A DNA stretch of 64,000 nt from the human T2T-CHM13v2.0 reference genome, Homo sapiens. The stretch lies in NCBI RefSeq assembly GCF_009914755.1, contig NC_060927.1. The stretch is one strand, 5' to 3'. Position numbers and translations under genes: made by a program. This document shows, in pieces, positions 14,330 to 33,665 of the stretch. The notes under the pieces were generated by a model. It was not told the origin of the DNA, did not search any database, and saw only the letters and a list, made by a program, of their open reading frames with translations. The stretch's first letter is position 1. Every line of letters begins with the position of its first letter.

Positions 14330-16830
14330 GAATACTATGAACAATTCTATTTCCACAAATTTGATCACCTAGATAAAATGAACCACTTCCCTGAAAGCCA
14401 CAAACTACCAAAACTCACACAAGAAACAATCTGAATAGGCCTGTATTAAAGAAACTGAACCAATCAACCTTCCAAAACAGAAAACACCAGGACTAGATGG
14501 GTTTGCTGGTGAATTTTATAAAACATTTAGGAAAGAAATTATACCCATTCTGTACCATCTCCTACACAAGATAGAAGCAGAAGGAATACTTCCTAACTCA
14601 TTCAGTAGAGGCCAACATCAGAGTATTCCAAAACTTGACAAATATACATTATAAGAAAACTACAGACCAACATTTTTTATGAACACAGGTGCAAAATCCT
14701 CAACAAAACATTAGCAAAACAAACCCAACAATGTATAAAACGAATCATATACCATGATCAAGTGGGATTTATCCCAGGTGTAAATTACTGGTCCAACATT
14801 TGAAAATCATTAATAAAATCCATCACATCAACAGACTAAGGAAGAAAAATCACACACCCATATCAATAGATGCAGAAGAAGCATATGAAAAAAAATCCAA
14901 CACCCATTCACGATTTTAAAAATTCTCATTCCTCAACTTGACAAGGAATATCCAGAAAAAAACCTACAGCTAACATCATACTTAAATGGTATGAAACTAG
15001 AAGCTTCTCTGCTAAGATCAGGAGCAAGACAAGGAGATTTCCTCTCACTACTCCTTTTCAACATTGTATTGCAAGTCCTAATGAATGCAGTAAGACAAGA
15101 AAAGGGAAAAAGGCATGCTGATGGGAACAGAAGAAATAAAACCATCTTTTTTTCTCTGATGACACAGTCGTCCACATGGAGAATTCAAAAGAATCAATAA
15201 AAAAACCTCTGGAACTAATAAGCAATTACAGCAAGGTTACATGACAGAAGGTTAATATACAAAATTCAACTGCTTTCCTATACACCAGCAATGAATAAAG
15301 GGAATTTGAAATTAAAAAGTGTCATTTACATTACACTCCCCAAAAAACAGAATACTTAGGTATGAATCTAACAAAACATATACGAGATTTCTATGAGGAA
15401 AACTACAAAACTCTGATGAAACAAATCAAAGACCTAAATAACTGGAGAGGTATTATTCCTATCTATAAAGAAAGACTCAACATTGGCAAGATGTCAGTGC
15501 TTCCCAACTAGACCTATAGATTCAATGCAATTACAATCCCAGAAAGTTATTTTCTATCACCAAGATGATTCTAAAATGTATATGGAAAGGAAAAAGATCC
15601 AAAATAGCCAACAAAATATTGAAGGAAAAGGACAAAGTTAGAGGAATGACTCTACCCAACTTCAAGATTTATCGTAAGCAAGACAGCATGGTATTGGCAA
15701 AAGACTAGACAAACAGATCAATGAAACAGAATAGAGAGCCCAGAAATAGACCTCATAAATCTAGTACAATGATCTTCAACAAAGAAAAGGATAAAATACA
15801 ATGGTGCAAAGGTAGTCTTTTCAATAAACGGTGCTGGAGTTCAACGAAACACTAACAAAATTCAACAAACAGCACATTAAAAAGATCATTCAATATGAAC
15901 ATGTAGGATTTACCTCAGGGATACAAGGATGGTTCAACATACGCAAATCTATGAATGTGAATCACATTAACAGAATGAAGGACAAAAACCTATGATCATC
16001 TCAATAGATGCAGAAAAAGCATGAGACAAATTTCAACATCCTTTCATAAAAACTCTCAACAAATTAGGTATAGAAAGAATTTACCTCCACACAATAAAGG
16101 CCATATATGACAAACCAACAGTTAGCATCATACTAAACAGTGAAAAGTTGAAAGCTTTTCCTCTAAGATCAGAAACAAGACAAGGATGCCCACTCTTGCC
16201 ATCTTCACTCAATATGGTGTTGGAAGTCCTAGCCAGAGCAATTAGGCAAGAGAAAGAAATAAAAGGCATCTAAATTAAAAAGGAAGAAATGAAATTGTCC
16301 CTGATTGCTGAAGACATATCTTACATGGAAAGAACTCTGAAGACTCCGCCAATAAACTGTTAGAAATAATACATGGATTCAGGAAAGTTGTAGGATATAA
16401 AATCAATAAACAAAAACGTGTAGCATTTCCATACACTAACAACAAACTATCTGAAAAAGAAATTAAGAAAACAATCCCATTTACAATGGCTACAAAAATA
16501 AAATAAAATACTTAGGAATAAATTTAGCCAAGGAGGTGAAAGACCTGTACATTAAAAACTACATAAAACACAGATGAAACAAATTGAAATAAATGAATGG
16601 AAAGATATTCTTAAGTTCATGAATTAGAAGAACAGTATTAACATGTTCATACTAACCAAAGCTATCTACAGATTCAATGTAACTTCCATCAAAATTCCAA
16701 TGACATTTCTCACAGAAATTTTTTAAAATCCTAAAATTCATATGGACCTACAAAAGACCCCAAACAGCCAAAGCAATCTGGAGCAAAAATGAACAGAGGA
16801 GGAGGCTTCACACTGACTGATTTCAAAATA

Positions 16831-17267
16831 CAATTGACCCTTAAATGACACAGGCGTTAGGGAAGCCAATCCCCTACGCAGTCAAAAACCTACATATAAC
16901 TTTTAACTCCCCCACAGCCTAACTACAAATATGCTACCATTGACTGGAAGCCTTATCAATGACTTAAACACTAAATTAACACATTTTGCATGATATATGT
17001 ATTATATGCTGTATTTTTTACAATAAAGTAAGCTACAGAAAAGAAAATGTTATTTAGAAAATCATAAGGAAGAGAAAATATAGTTACAATTCATAAAGTG
17101 GAAGTGGATCATCATAAGGGCCTTCATCTTCTCATCTTCAAGTTGAGTAAGCTGAGGAGGAGGGAAGAGGAAGGGTTGGTCTTGCTGTCTCAGAAGTGGC
17201 AAAGGCAGGGGAAAATCTGCATATAAGTGGACCCAAGCAGTTCAAGACCTTATTCAAGGGTCAACTG
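16831..17267 (-). mobile_element. Tigger2a (MER28)-like MITE
   Basis: TIRs CA(A/G)TTGACCCTT...AAGGGTCAACTG, TA duplication, 437 bp. Confidence 0.85.
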
Positions 17268-18090
17268 TATGTTACACACTATAGTAATCAAAACAGCAAG
17301 GTCTTGGCATGAAAACGAACACATAAAGCAATGGAATAGAATAAACAGCCCAGAAATAAATCCACACATTTATGATTAATTGATTTTTCTACAAAGGTGC
17401 CAAGAACACACAATAGGGGAAGAACAGTCTCTTCAATAAATGGGGCTCAAAAAATTAGATATCCATGTGCACAAGAAAGAAACTGAACCTTTATCCCACA
17501 CCATAAACAAAAATTAATTCAATATGCATTAAAGACTGAAACTAAGACCTGAAACTGTAAAACATAGGGAAAAAGCTTCTTGACACTGGTCTAGACAATG
17601 ATTTTTTGGATGGAACCCCAAAAGCACAGGCAACAAAAGCAGGGCGACAAATGGGGTTACAACAAACTTTTTAAAAAGCACAGCAGAGGAATCAAAAGAG
17701 TGAAGAGATAATTTATGCAACAGAAGAAAATATTTGCAAACCGTACATCAGATAAGGGGTTAATATCCAAAATATATAAGGAACTCAAAAATAACTCAAT
17801 AGTAAGAAAACAACCTGATTTTAAAATAGGGAAAGAACTTAGTCATTTCTCAAAAAGAAGACATAAAATGGCCAATAAGTATATGAAAAAAATGCTCACC
17901 ATCACTCATCACCAGGGAAATACAAATTGAAGCCATAATGAGGTATTACCTCATACCTGTTAGAATGACAATCATCAAACAGACAAAAGATAACATATTG
18001 GCGAGGATGCTGAGGAAAGGAAACCCTTGCACATCGCTGGTGGGAATGTAATTTATTACAGCCAGTATGAAAAACAGTATGGAGGTTCCA

Positions 18091-18091
<1 letters not shown>

Positions 18092-18128
<37 letters not shown>
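18092..18128. repeat. A37 homopolymer inside L1
   Basis: Uninterrupted A run counted from the sequence. Confidence 0.95.
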
Positions 18129-18135
<7 letters not shown>

Positions 18136-18661
18136 AAGAATTACCATATGATCCAGCAATCCCACTACTGGGCATATATCCAAAGGAAAGGAAGTCAGTA
18201 TGTCAAAGAGATATCTGCACTCCCAGGTTCACTGTAACATTATTCACAATAGCCAAGATATGGAATCAACCTAAGTGTCCATCTCAGATGAATGGAGCAA
18301 AAAAGTGTGGTCTATATACACAACAGACCGACGTTCTTAAAAATGAAAGAAATCCTATCATTTTCAACAACATGGATGAACCTGGAGGATATTATGTTAA
18401 GGCAATAAGACAGATACAGAAAGACCACATAAGCATCTCACTTTTATGTGGAATCTAAAAAAGCCAAACTCACAGAAGTAGAGAGTATAATGGTTGTTAA
18501 TAAGTGTGGAGGGTTGGGGACAGGAAAGGCTGGAGAGATGTTGGTGAAGGGATACAAAATTTCAGTTAGGAAGAGTAAGTTCAAGAGATCTATTGTACAA
18601 CATGGTGACTATAGTTCATAACAGTATATTGTACATTTGAAGACTGTTAAGACAACAGATT

Positions 18662-18935
18662 AGCCAGGCATGATGGCTCACACCTGAAATCCCAGCAATT
18701 TGGAAGGCTGAGGACGGAGGATCATTTGAGACCAGGAGTTCAAGACTCACCTGGGCAACACAGCAAGACCCTGCCTCTACAAAAAAGCAAAAAATTAGCT
18801 GGGCAGGGTGGCACTGGCCTGTAGTCCCAGCTACTCAAAAGGCTAAGGTGGGAGCTCCAGGCTACGGTGACCCACAATCACACCACTGCACTCCAGCCTG
18901 GGCGACAGAGTAAGACCTTGTCTCAAAAAAACAAA
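18662..18935 (+). mobile_element. AluJ
   Basis: Degenerate dimer within the L1MA 3' UTR. Confidence 0.88.
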
Positions 18936-19124
18936 TCCTGCTGAGACTGTAGAAGTGTGCTTAACACAAAATGATAGGTATATGAGATGATCTGTATATT
19001 AATTTGCTTGATTTAGCCATTCCACAATATATACATATTTCAAAACATCATGTTGTACACCATAAATATATAAAATTTTATTTGCCATTTGAAATATCTG
19101 TATCAAAAAAAAAAAAAATGTCCA

Positions 19125-19508
<384 letters not shown>

Positions 19509-19562
19509 CTAAACCACAGGTCTTACATCCTTCGTTCACAAAAATTAACCCAAAAGGAATCA

Positions 19563-20183
<621 letters not shown>

Positions 20184-20707
20184 AAAAAACTCCTAAAAGG
20201 TAATACAGGGGAAACGCTAGAGTTCCTAGGATTGGTAATGATATTTTAGATACAACACCACAGGCATGATCCATGAAATAACTGATAAGCTCAACTTCGT
20301 TAAAATTAAAACATTCTGCTCTGTGAAAGACGCTACCAAGAGAATGAAAAGACAAGCCACAGACTGGGAAGAAATATCTGCAAAATATCTAATGAAAGAC
20401 TGGTAGCCAAAATATATAAAAAACTTAACAGGAAAACAAACAACCCACTTAAAAATGGGCCAAAGACCTTTATAGACACTTCACTAAAGAAGATATACAG
20501 ATGGCAAACAAGCATATGAAGAGGTAACCCATATTATATGTTATCAGGGAAACGCAAACTAAATGAGATACCACTACCTACCTATCAGAATGGCCAAAAT
20601 CCAAAACCACTGCTAACACCAAATGCTGGCAAGGCTGTGGAACAGGAACTCATATTCATTGCCGGTAGAAAAGGCAAAATGGTACAGCCACTTTGGAAGA
20701 CAGTTTA

Positions 20708-21034
<327 letters not shown>

Positions 21035-21966
21035 TTAACTCTTCCATAGGATCAGCAACAATACTCCTTTGTATTCATCAAAAAAACCTGAAAGCTTATA
21101 TCTATACAAAATCCTTCCCACAAATGTATATAGGAGTTTTATCCATAACTGTCAAAACTCAGAAGCAATCCAGATGTCTTTCAGCAGGTAAATGGATAAA
21201 CTATGGTGCATCCAGACAATGGAATATTATTCAGCATTAAAAAGAAATGAGCTATGAAGCCGTGGAAAGACATGGAAGAACATTAAATAATACATATTAT
21301 TAAGTGAAAGAGGCCAATCTGAAAAGGCATACACATTGTATGATTCCAACTATATGACATTCTGGAAAAGGCAAAACTATGGAGACAGTAAAAAGATTAG
21401 TAGTTGTTGTAGGAGGTTGGGGAAAGGAGGGACAAATAGGTGGAGCACAGAATTTTAGCACAGGGAATCTACTCTGTGTGATATCAAACCCACAGAATGC
21501 ACAACACCAGGAATGAATCTTAATATAAACTATAGACTTTGGGTGACAATGATGTGTCAATGTAGGTTCATTAATTATAGCAAATGTATCACTCCATGGG
21601 GGATGCTGACAATGCCGGAGGCTATGCATGTGTGGGGGCAGAGAGTATATAAGAAATCTCTGTACTATCTGTTCAGTTTTGAGGGGAACCAAAAACTGCT
21701 AAAAAAAAAAAAATTAATTAAGGTCTTTATAAAAATAGTGAAATAAACTTTTTTCAGACACATACAAACTGAATGAATTCATCATAACAGACCAGTCCTA
21801 TAAGAAAATGTTAAAGGATGTTCCTTAGATAGAAGGAAACGAACACCAGATGAAATACAGATCTACAAAAAGGAATAAAGACCATCGGAAACAGTAATAA
21901 TGTGGTACAATTTTTTTTAAACTTTTCTCATTTAAAAAAAAAAAAGTATTTTAAAAAAACCATTGA

Positions 21967-22970
<1,004 letters not shown>

Positions 22971-23308
22971 GCCAATGCTAGCTAACAGAAAGCTGGAGTG
23001 ACTGTATTGTAATGTCAGACAAGTTGGTTCAAGATAAATAATATATCAGAAAGTAGGTAATTTCATAATGATCAAGGAGTCAATTCATCAAGAAGATGTA
23101 AGAACTCTAAACATTTATATATCTATTCAACTAGGAACAGAAGAGAACTTCCTTAACGTCATATGACATTTTGGGCTCAATGAAATTTTTTTTTAAGGTT
23201 TTAAAGAAACTCTCCTAAAAAAGTTTTTCTTTAGCATACTGTATAAGAACATACATAGAAATAAAAACTTTTTAAAAAGAGAGAGAACTTCCTTAATCTC
23301 ATAAAATA

Positions 23309-23634
23309 CACACATGCATCACTTAACAAGAGTCTGAGAAATACATCACACGACTTCATCATCGTGTGAACATCACAGATTGTAGTTACACAAACCTAGA
23401 TGGAATAGCTACTACACGCCTAGGCGATATGATATGCCCTATTGCTCCTAGGCTACAAACTTGTACAGCACGTTACTGTACTGAACACTGGAGGCGATTT
23501 TAACCCAAAGGTAAAAATTTGCATATCAAAACATAGAAAAGGTACAGTAAAAATATGGTAATTATAATCTTATGGGACCACATCATATATGTGGTCCATA
23601 GCTGATGGAAACATAGTTATATAGTACATGACTA
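23309..23634 (+). mobile_element. Tigger3a (MER7A)-like MITE
   Basis: catgcatcacttaac...acacaaacctagatgg...ctcctaggctacaaac...catgacta matches Tigger3a. Confidence 0.85.
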
Positions 23635-24109
23635 TATATGAAAAACCTGTCATTAACATCACAGGTAATGAAAGACCCACTACTTTTCATCTAAGGTCAG
23701 AAATAAAACAGATAGGTCTGTTTTTATTATTTTCATTCAACACTGCACCATTAAGTTCTAGTCAGTACAACCAAACAAGTTAAAGAAATAAAAGTCATCC
23801 AGATAAGAATGGAAAATAAGGAAACTTTTATCTGTAGATGACATGATTGCCTATGTAAAAAACCCAATGGAATCTATAACAAAGGGACTAGAACTAACAA
23901 GTGAGTTCAGCAAGCTTTAGGAGATCAATATACAAAATTAAATTGCATTTCTACATATTAACAATGAACAACTGAAATCTAAAAAATAACAATTACAACA
24001 GCATCAATAAAAATGAAATACTTAGGGAAAAATCTGACAAAAGATAAAAATCTGTAAGACCTATACACCAAAAACTACAAATTGCTAAGAGAATGTAAAG
24101 ATGACCTAA

Positions 24110-25638
24110 CCCCCGCAGCAGGTCTCAGTAGCTGGTAGAGACTGGGGAGGACGGGATGGGACGGGATGGGACGGGACAGGACAGCAATAGCTAGGCAGCC
24201 TAGCTTCACCAAGGCTCTCGCGCCTCTCCACCACCAAAATATCAAAGAGGAAGGAAGGTCAGCTCAGCTGAAGGGATAGTGAAGGAAGAGCCCAGGTGGA
24301 GACCCAGCACAGTTCTCAGCTAACTCTGCTCCTACAAAAGTGGACAGGAAACCAAAAAAGGCAGCAGGAAAGGATACATCTTCAGACAAAACAAAAGTGA
24401 AAAGGAAAGCAGAGAAAATACATCGCAGTGGCAAACCAAGAAACTAAAGATTTACCTACCTACAGAAAACAGAGAAACTAAACTGAGAAAGCCAGAGGAA
24501 AAAAAAGCCAAGTGTGTTTAATATCACATACCTTGTCTTATGAGTCATTCCTGTTTCCCTTCTTGTACTATCCACAGGAATTTTCTGGTTTTTTCGTTGT
24601 TGTTGTTTTGTTTTGTTTTTTTTAAATTGGAGTTTCACTCTTGTTGCCGAGGCTGGAGTACAACGGTATGGTCTAGGCTCACTACAACCTCCACCTCCCA
24701 GGTTCAAGCAATCCTTCTGCTTCAGCCTCACAAGTAGCTGGGATTACAGGCGCCCACTACCACACCTGGCTAATTTTTGTATTTTTAGTAGAAACGGGGC
24801 TTCAACATATTGGCCAGGCTGGTCTTGAACTCCTGACCTCAGCTGATCCACCCGCCTCAGCCTCCCAAAGTGCTGGGATTACAGGTGTGAGCCACCGTGC
24901 CCAGCCTAGAGGAATATTTTCATAAACTATTTTGTAAATATAAGTTTTCTAGTAGCTCTAGAAACATTTTTAAAAGGAGGGAATCCCACCTCATCCCATT
25001 TTTTAAGTGTAAATGCTTTTCTTAAGAGGTGAAATCATTTGCTGGTTGTTTATTTTTTGGTACAACCAGAAAATAGTGTGGGATACTGAATTATGGGAGG
25101 CTCTGACATTCCATAGATGAGGGATTAGTTTTTATATCCTACAATACAAAGTATACAAAATGGCAATATGGAATCACAGTCCTGCATTTAATGTCTTGAA
25201 TATTTTAAATTACTTCTATTCCTATGTTATTTTTTAGCAGAATTGTTTCCTAAAGAAAACCACTCCTTGATCATGGCTCTCCCTATCAGAATTGTGCATA
25301 CTCTGTAAAATCTTCAGTCATGGTAGTGCTGTTTTCCTAATAACTTTGTTAATGTACTGCAAAAGATTGAAAATTTGAATATGTAGTATATATGCTATTA
25401 AACTGTGAATTGGTGGGATGTATGCAGTAACTTAACATTTTAAGATACTGGTACTGGACAGCCTCTTAAAAATTTGCCTCCAGATTTTAAGCTGGAAACT
25501 CACTGGAATAACTGTTTAAAAAAGAATTACAATACACAGCTTTTTAGATTTTTAGTACATAAGAACTGTGTACAAACTGAAATGTCTGTATACTAATCCT
25601 CAACACAACCAATAAAATCTCAATTATAAAAAATAAAC
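24110..25638 (+). pseudogene. HMGN1 processed pseudogene (5' UTR, decayed CDS 24239-24521, long 3' UTR, polyA)
   Basis: Decayed KRK..VSSAEG..KEEP..KPKKAAGKDTSSDK..VANQETKDL..KKAK* matches HMGN1. Start mutated to ATA, frameshifts, no introns, AATAAA at 25611, TSD AAAGATGAC(C/A)TAA at 24097-24109 and 25966-25978. Confidence 0.9.
24588..24906 (-). mobile_element. Alu inserted in the HMGN1 retrocopy 3' UTR
   Basis: Reverse dimer flanked by AGGAAT..TTT duplication. Confidence 0.92.
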
Positions 25639-25640
25639 AT

Positions 25641-25940
25641 GACCGGGCACAGTGGCTCACGCCTGTAATTCCAGCACTTTGGGAGGCCGAGGCAGGCAGA
25701 TCACCTAAGACCAGCCTGGCCAATATGGTGAAACCTCATCTCTACTAAAAATTCAAAAATTAGCTGGCATGGTGGCGGGCGCCTATAATCCCAGCTGCTT
25801 GAGAGGCTGAAGCAGAATTGTTTGAGCAAGGGAAGCAGAAGTTGCAGTGAGCTGAGATCACACCACTGCACTCCAGCCTGGGAGACAGAGTGAGACTCCG
25901 TCTCAAAAAAAAATAATAATAAAAAAAATAAATAAAATAA
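25641..25940 (+). mobile_element. Alu in the HMGN1 retrocopy poly(A) tail
   Basis: Dimer lying between the retrocopy polyA signal and its 3' TSD. Confidence 0.9.
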
Positions 25941-26168
25941 AGGAAAGCAAAGGAAAGGAAGAAAGAAAGATGACATAAATAAATGAAGATACTGTGCTCA
26001 TGGGTCAGAGGACTCAAGATTGTTAACAGTATCAATTCTCCAAACTGATTTATAGATTCAACATAATCCCAATCAAATTCCCAGCAGGCTTTCATGTACA
26101 AACTGAATAGCTGATTCTAAAGTTCATATAAATGTGAAGGACCTACAATAACCAAAACAACGTTTTAC

Positions 26169-26475
<307 letters not shown>

Positions 26476-27841
26476 CAAAACAATTTTGAAAAAGAAAAAG
26501 TTGGAGCTCTAACACTACCTGATTTGAAACTAATCTTAAGGCTACAGTTACCAGCCAGCATGGTATTTAAGCTAGATAAATAGACCAATAGAACAAAGTA
26601 GAGGTCCAGAAACAGACCTATACAGATATGGTCAACGGTAAGTGTTTCCAAGGAAATTCAATGGGGGAAATAATCTTTACAATAAATGGCACCTGAACGA
26701 CTGGATAGCCATATGCCAAAAAAAAAAAAAGAACCCTTAACATGTACCTCACATCAGATATACATGCTTGTTCTTTAAAATGTTACTTTTGTAAATGAAA
26801 AGGCAAGCCACTGACTGGGAGAAAATATGTGTAAAACACGTATCTAGCAAAAGACATATCTAGAAGACAATCGACTCAGTTAAAAAATTTAACTGGAAAG
26901 GAATTTTTTTTTTAACAGACTTCACTAAAGTAGATACACAGCAAATAAGCCGATGAAAAGATGCTCACTGGTGATCTATCGTATAGCATAGTGACTACAG
27001 TTAATAATAATGTATTACATAAGTCAAAATTGCTGAAAGAGTGAATATTAAATGTTCGCACCACAAAGAAGTATATAAGATGATAAATATACATAATTAT
27101 TATTTGCCAATTAAAAATAAACTTTTTTAAAAAAGAAAAGATGCTTACAACTTTATTTATTAGGTGAATGAAAACTGAAACCATCATGGAGTACTTCTAC
27201 ATACTCCTCAGAATAGCTGAAATAGAAAAGACTGACCATACCAAATGTTAACAATGATGTGCAGCAACTCAAACTCTTGTACACTGCTCATGGGAAGGTA
27301 AAATAGTACAACCTATTTTGGCAAACAGTTGACAGCTCCTAAGTATACACCAGCTATACAACCCAGCCATATCACTTCTAGACACTTACCTGAGGGAAAA
27401 GAAAAGTTATATCCACACAAAAAGCTGTCCACGAGTGTTCCTAACAATTTTATTTGTAATCACCAAAAACTGGAAATAATCCAAATTTCCATCAACAAGT
27501 GAATGGATAAACCAGTTGTTGTTTATCCATACAAAAGAATACTATTCAATTATAAAATGGAATGAACAATTCATACACAAAACAATAAGTGAATACCAAA
27601 ATGATTAAACTGTGTGAAACTAGAAAGAAAAAGAATACACGTTGCATAATTCCATTTATGGTAACTAATCAGTAGTAACAGAAAATAGATCAGAGGAAAG
27701 AGGTAGAGAAAAATGTACTAAAAAGGTGCACTAGGAAACCTCTGGGTGAGATGAATATGTTCACAACTTAACTATGGTGATGGTTTTCACAGACTGTCAA
27801 CCAGACTGTCATAAACCTATTTTTGAAAGTATCTATGTTAA

Positions 27842-28124
<283 letters not shown>

Positions 28125-29499
28125 AATTCTGTACATTCTTAATGATATTAAAGCACACACTATTTCATCCCTTTGGAGGATGCTAAGAAACCAACTCATT
28201 ATTCTGAAAACAAATACAGGAAGAGAATCAAGCATTTCTCTGTCCTGTGTGAACTGTAGCTAAGGGAAAGGTCTTCTTTTGAGTGACCTTCCAGCGAATA
28301 AAAGCAGAAGGAATGATCACTGTAACCTCTATAAAAGTAATGGATCTAGGCAGGGACCATCAAAGACTGCTAAAACTTGAGGTAAAAAGCTGTCGGGCCT
28401 CTTTATAATGACAGATCAGGCTGACAAAACCAGAATGTAAGGATTAGTCAAGTAACCAAATTAAAAAATAGGCAAAACACCAGACATTTCTCCAAAGACA
28501 TACAAATGCCAACAAGCATATGAAAAGATGCTCAACATCACTTATCATTAGACAAATGGAAATCAAAACTACCATAAAATAAAACGTGTACCCACTATGA
28601 AAAACAGTAGGGAGGCTCTTGAAATATTAAAAATGAAATTATCATTATGATCTAGACATCCCACTTACGTGTATATGTCCAAAAGAATTCAAAACAGAAT
28701 ATCAAAAGAGATATTTGCACTCTCATGCTCATTGCAGCATTATTCACATGGGCCAGGAGGTGGAAGCAGCCCAAATGTCCATCAACAGATGAATAAGGAA
28801 AATGTGGTAATACATACAATGGAATATTATTCAGCCTTAAAGAAAAAGGGATCCTGTCACAAGCTACAATACAGATGAACCTTGAAGTCATTATGCTGAG
28901 TGAAATAAGTCAGTTACAAGAGGACAAATATTGTACGAGTCTACTTATATGAGATATCTAGAGAAATCAAAATCATGGAAACAGAAAGTAGAATGCCAGT
29001 TATCAGAAGCTGGGAAAGGAGAAATGAGGAATACTTGTTTAATGTGGCATAGAATTTCAATTCTGCAAGATGAAAAAGTTCTAGATATATGTTATATAAC
29101 AATGTGAATATTGTTAACACTACTGAACTGTACACTTAAAAATGAGTAAGAGGAAAAATTTTTTCACCAATTATTAATAAAAATTTTTTAAAACAGTTAA
29201 GAGACAGCACCAAATACAATGTATGACTTAGTTTCTGACTCTAAGAAACAAACATAAGATTTTGTGACAATGTAGAAAATCTGAATGTTGACTAGATGCT
29301 TAATATTAAAAAACTAACTTTTTAAAGTATGATAACACTATTCTGAATGACCTTCCAGCTAATAAAAGCAGAAGAAATGATCCCCGTAACTCCTATAAAA
29401 GTAATGGATCTAGGAAGGGACCATGGAAGACTGCTAAAATTTGAGGTGAAAAGCTGACTGCGCTCTTTGATGATTTTTAAGTTTAAAAATCTTTATCCG

Positions 29500-29800
29500 G
29501 GACTGGGCACAGTGGCTCACTCCTGTAATGCCAGCACTTTGGGAAGCCAAGGCAGGAGGATTGCTTGAGGCCAGGAGTTTGAGACCAGCCTGGGCAACAT
29601 AGTGAGACCCCATCTCTACAAGAAAATTTTTTAATCAGCCAGATGTAGTGGTGCGTGCCTGCAGCCTCAGCTACCAGGGAGGCTGAGGTGAATCACTTTG
29701 AGTCTGGGAGGTTGAGGCTATAGTGAGTTGTAATCACACCACTACACTCTAGCCTGCATGGGCAACAGAATGAGACTCTGTCTCCAGAAAAGAAAAAAAG
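29500..29800 (+). mobile_element. AluJ
   Basis: Dimer, TSD AATCTTTAT. Confidence 0.9.
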
Positions 29801-29899
29801 AATCTTTATTCTGTAGAGATACATATTGAAGTATTTACAGATAAAATAATTTGATAGCTGGGATTTGCTCAAGTAATCCAGGACATTATTTTACTTCTG

Positions 29900-31760
<1,861 letters not shown>

Positions 31761-33087
31761 AGTCTTTATAACCTTTTCTGATACTCAAAATACCCTATTT
31801 TTACCCAATGGGAGCTAGGAGCTAGTTCAAGTTGGCTCTGAGTCTTTTCAACAAAACTCCAGTGATCTCAGAAAACTTCTTTGCTTTATAAAATATTCCC
31901 TATCTTTAACCAAGAACCAGTTATTTTTGCAAGGAACCTGGTTCCTTTGAGAAAAAATTCTAAATACCTCAGAATGCCAGTGCTCACTGCAAAAAGGTAA
32001 TTTGCTATTTCTAGGCCTTCTCAGGACAGAGCTGGTGTTTTGTTTTATTAAAGAAAATATATCATAAATTCCCAGTGATATTACCAATTCAAACTTACTT
32101 AACTTCTTTAATTTTCTTATTTACTTATTTTCTTAAACTAAAAGTATCAGGTTTCTAATATTAATATAAATATGAATTTCCTTTATTCATATACAAATGT
32201 ATATATAGTTTCATAACTACCAATTTTATATGATTACCAAAAGCAAGTGAAGATTCATTTATACTTCTTTTTTGTCCTTAAGATATAAACTAGCAGAGGA
32301 AATTAGTCAAATTACCACAGTTTAAAGGTATACTAAAATAATTCTTCTCTGTGTGGCTTAGCCACAAGCATGACAAACCAGGTCACTTGTTTCCTTCTTT
32401 TTGAGGATTTCTTCTCTCATTTTAATTTTGTTTTACAGTTATTTAAAACATTTACACGATTCCAAAATCATATCCAGTCACTAACATTACATCTATTGGT
32501 ATTGCAGTTTATACGCACAGGCAGTTTGGTACAGCGGGATGCTGTTAGTGATCTTTAAGTACTACAGGTCATGAAAAACACGACTGCTCGTCCAATATTT
32601 GACTTAGAACAGCAAAGCTATGTCAACAGTATTCAAAACTGCTAGAAAAAAAATTAGCAACAGAAAATATTTTTAAAATGTACAACCACTTTCAAGATAT
32701 GTTAAATGTTATTAATGCAGTGATAAAAACTGTAGCGGCCGTTGGTTAAACAGGTGAAATCAAAGGGCAAACTGACAAACATGCAACTAATACTACTAGC
32801 CAAAAGAAGCACAAACACTGGTTTGATAAAAGTGGAAGAATGAGATTAACACATTAAATTTGTCAAAGACAATTTATAATGCAGTAAAAGGTTGGAAAAC
32901 ATGCAAGTTATGCAACTACTCAAGCGAAAACGTCTCAGCATGATGGACAACTGTGAAAATCTTTAAAATGACATTAAATGAAATAATCCCAAAAAGGTAA
33001 TAGAGGTCATACAGAATAAGAGATGTACCACGGTATCTAAATAGCTATAATCAATATCATTTAATCGTTAGTAGTTATAAGAGGTGA

Positions 33088-33429
<342 letters not shown>

Positions 33430-33665
33430 CGACCATCACATTTTAACTATGCTTTCTTTCCAATCCTGCTCTGCAAAACAAACACAAGATTTGTGTCACA
33501 GCGTGCCAGTACAACTTTTATCAGGTGGACCTAATGCTGCACAATCCTGTAGAAAGAACACTAATTCAGATGTGAGAAGATCTTGGTTCTACTTATCTGC
33601 TATGTAATCTTGGCCAAATCATTCAAACTCAAAATTTTGGTATAAAATAGAAACATGGTTTGTAT

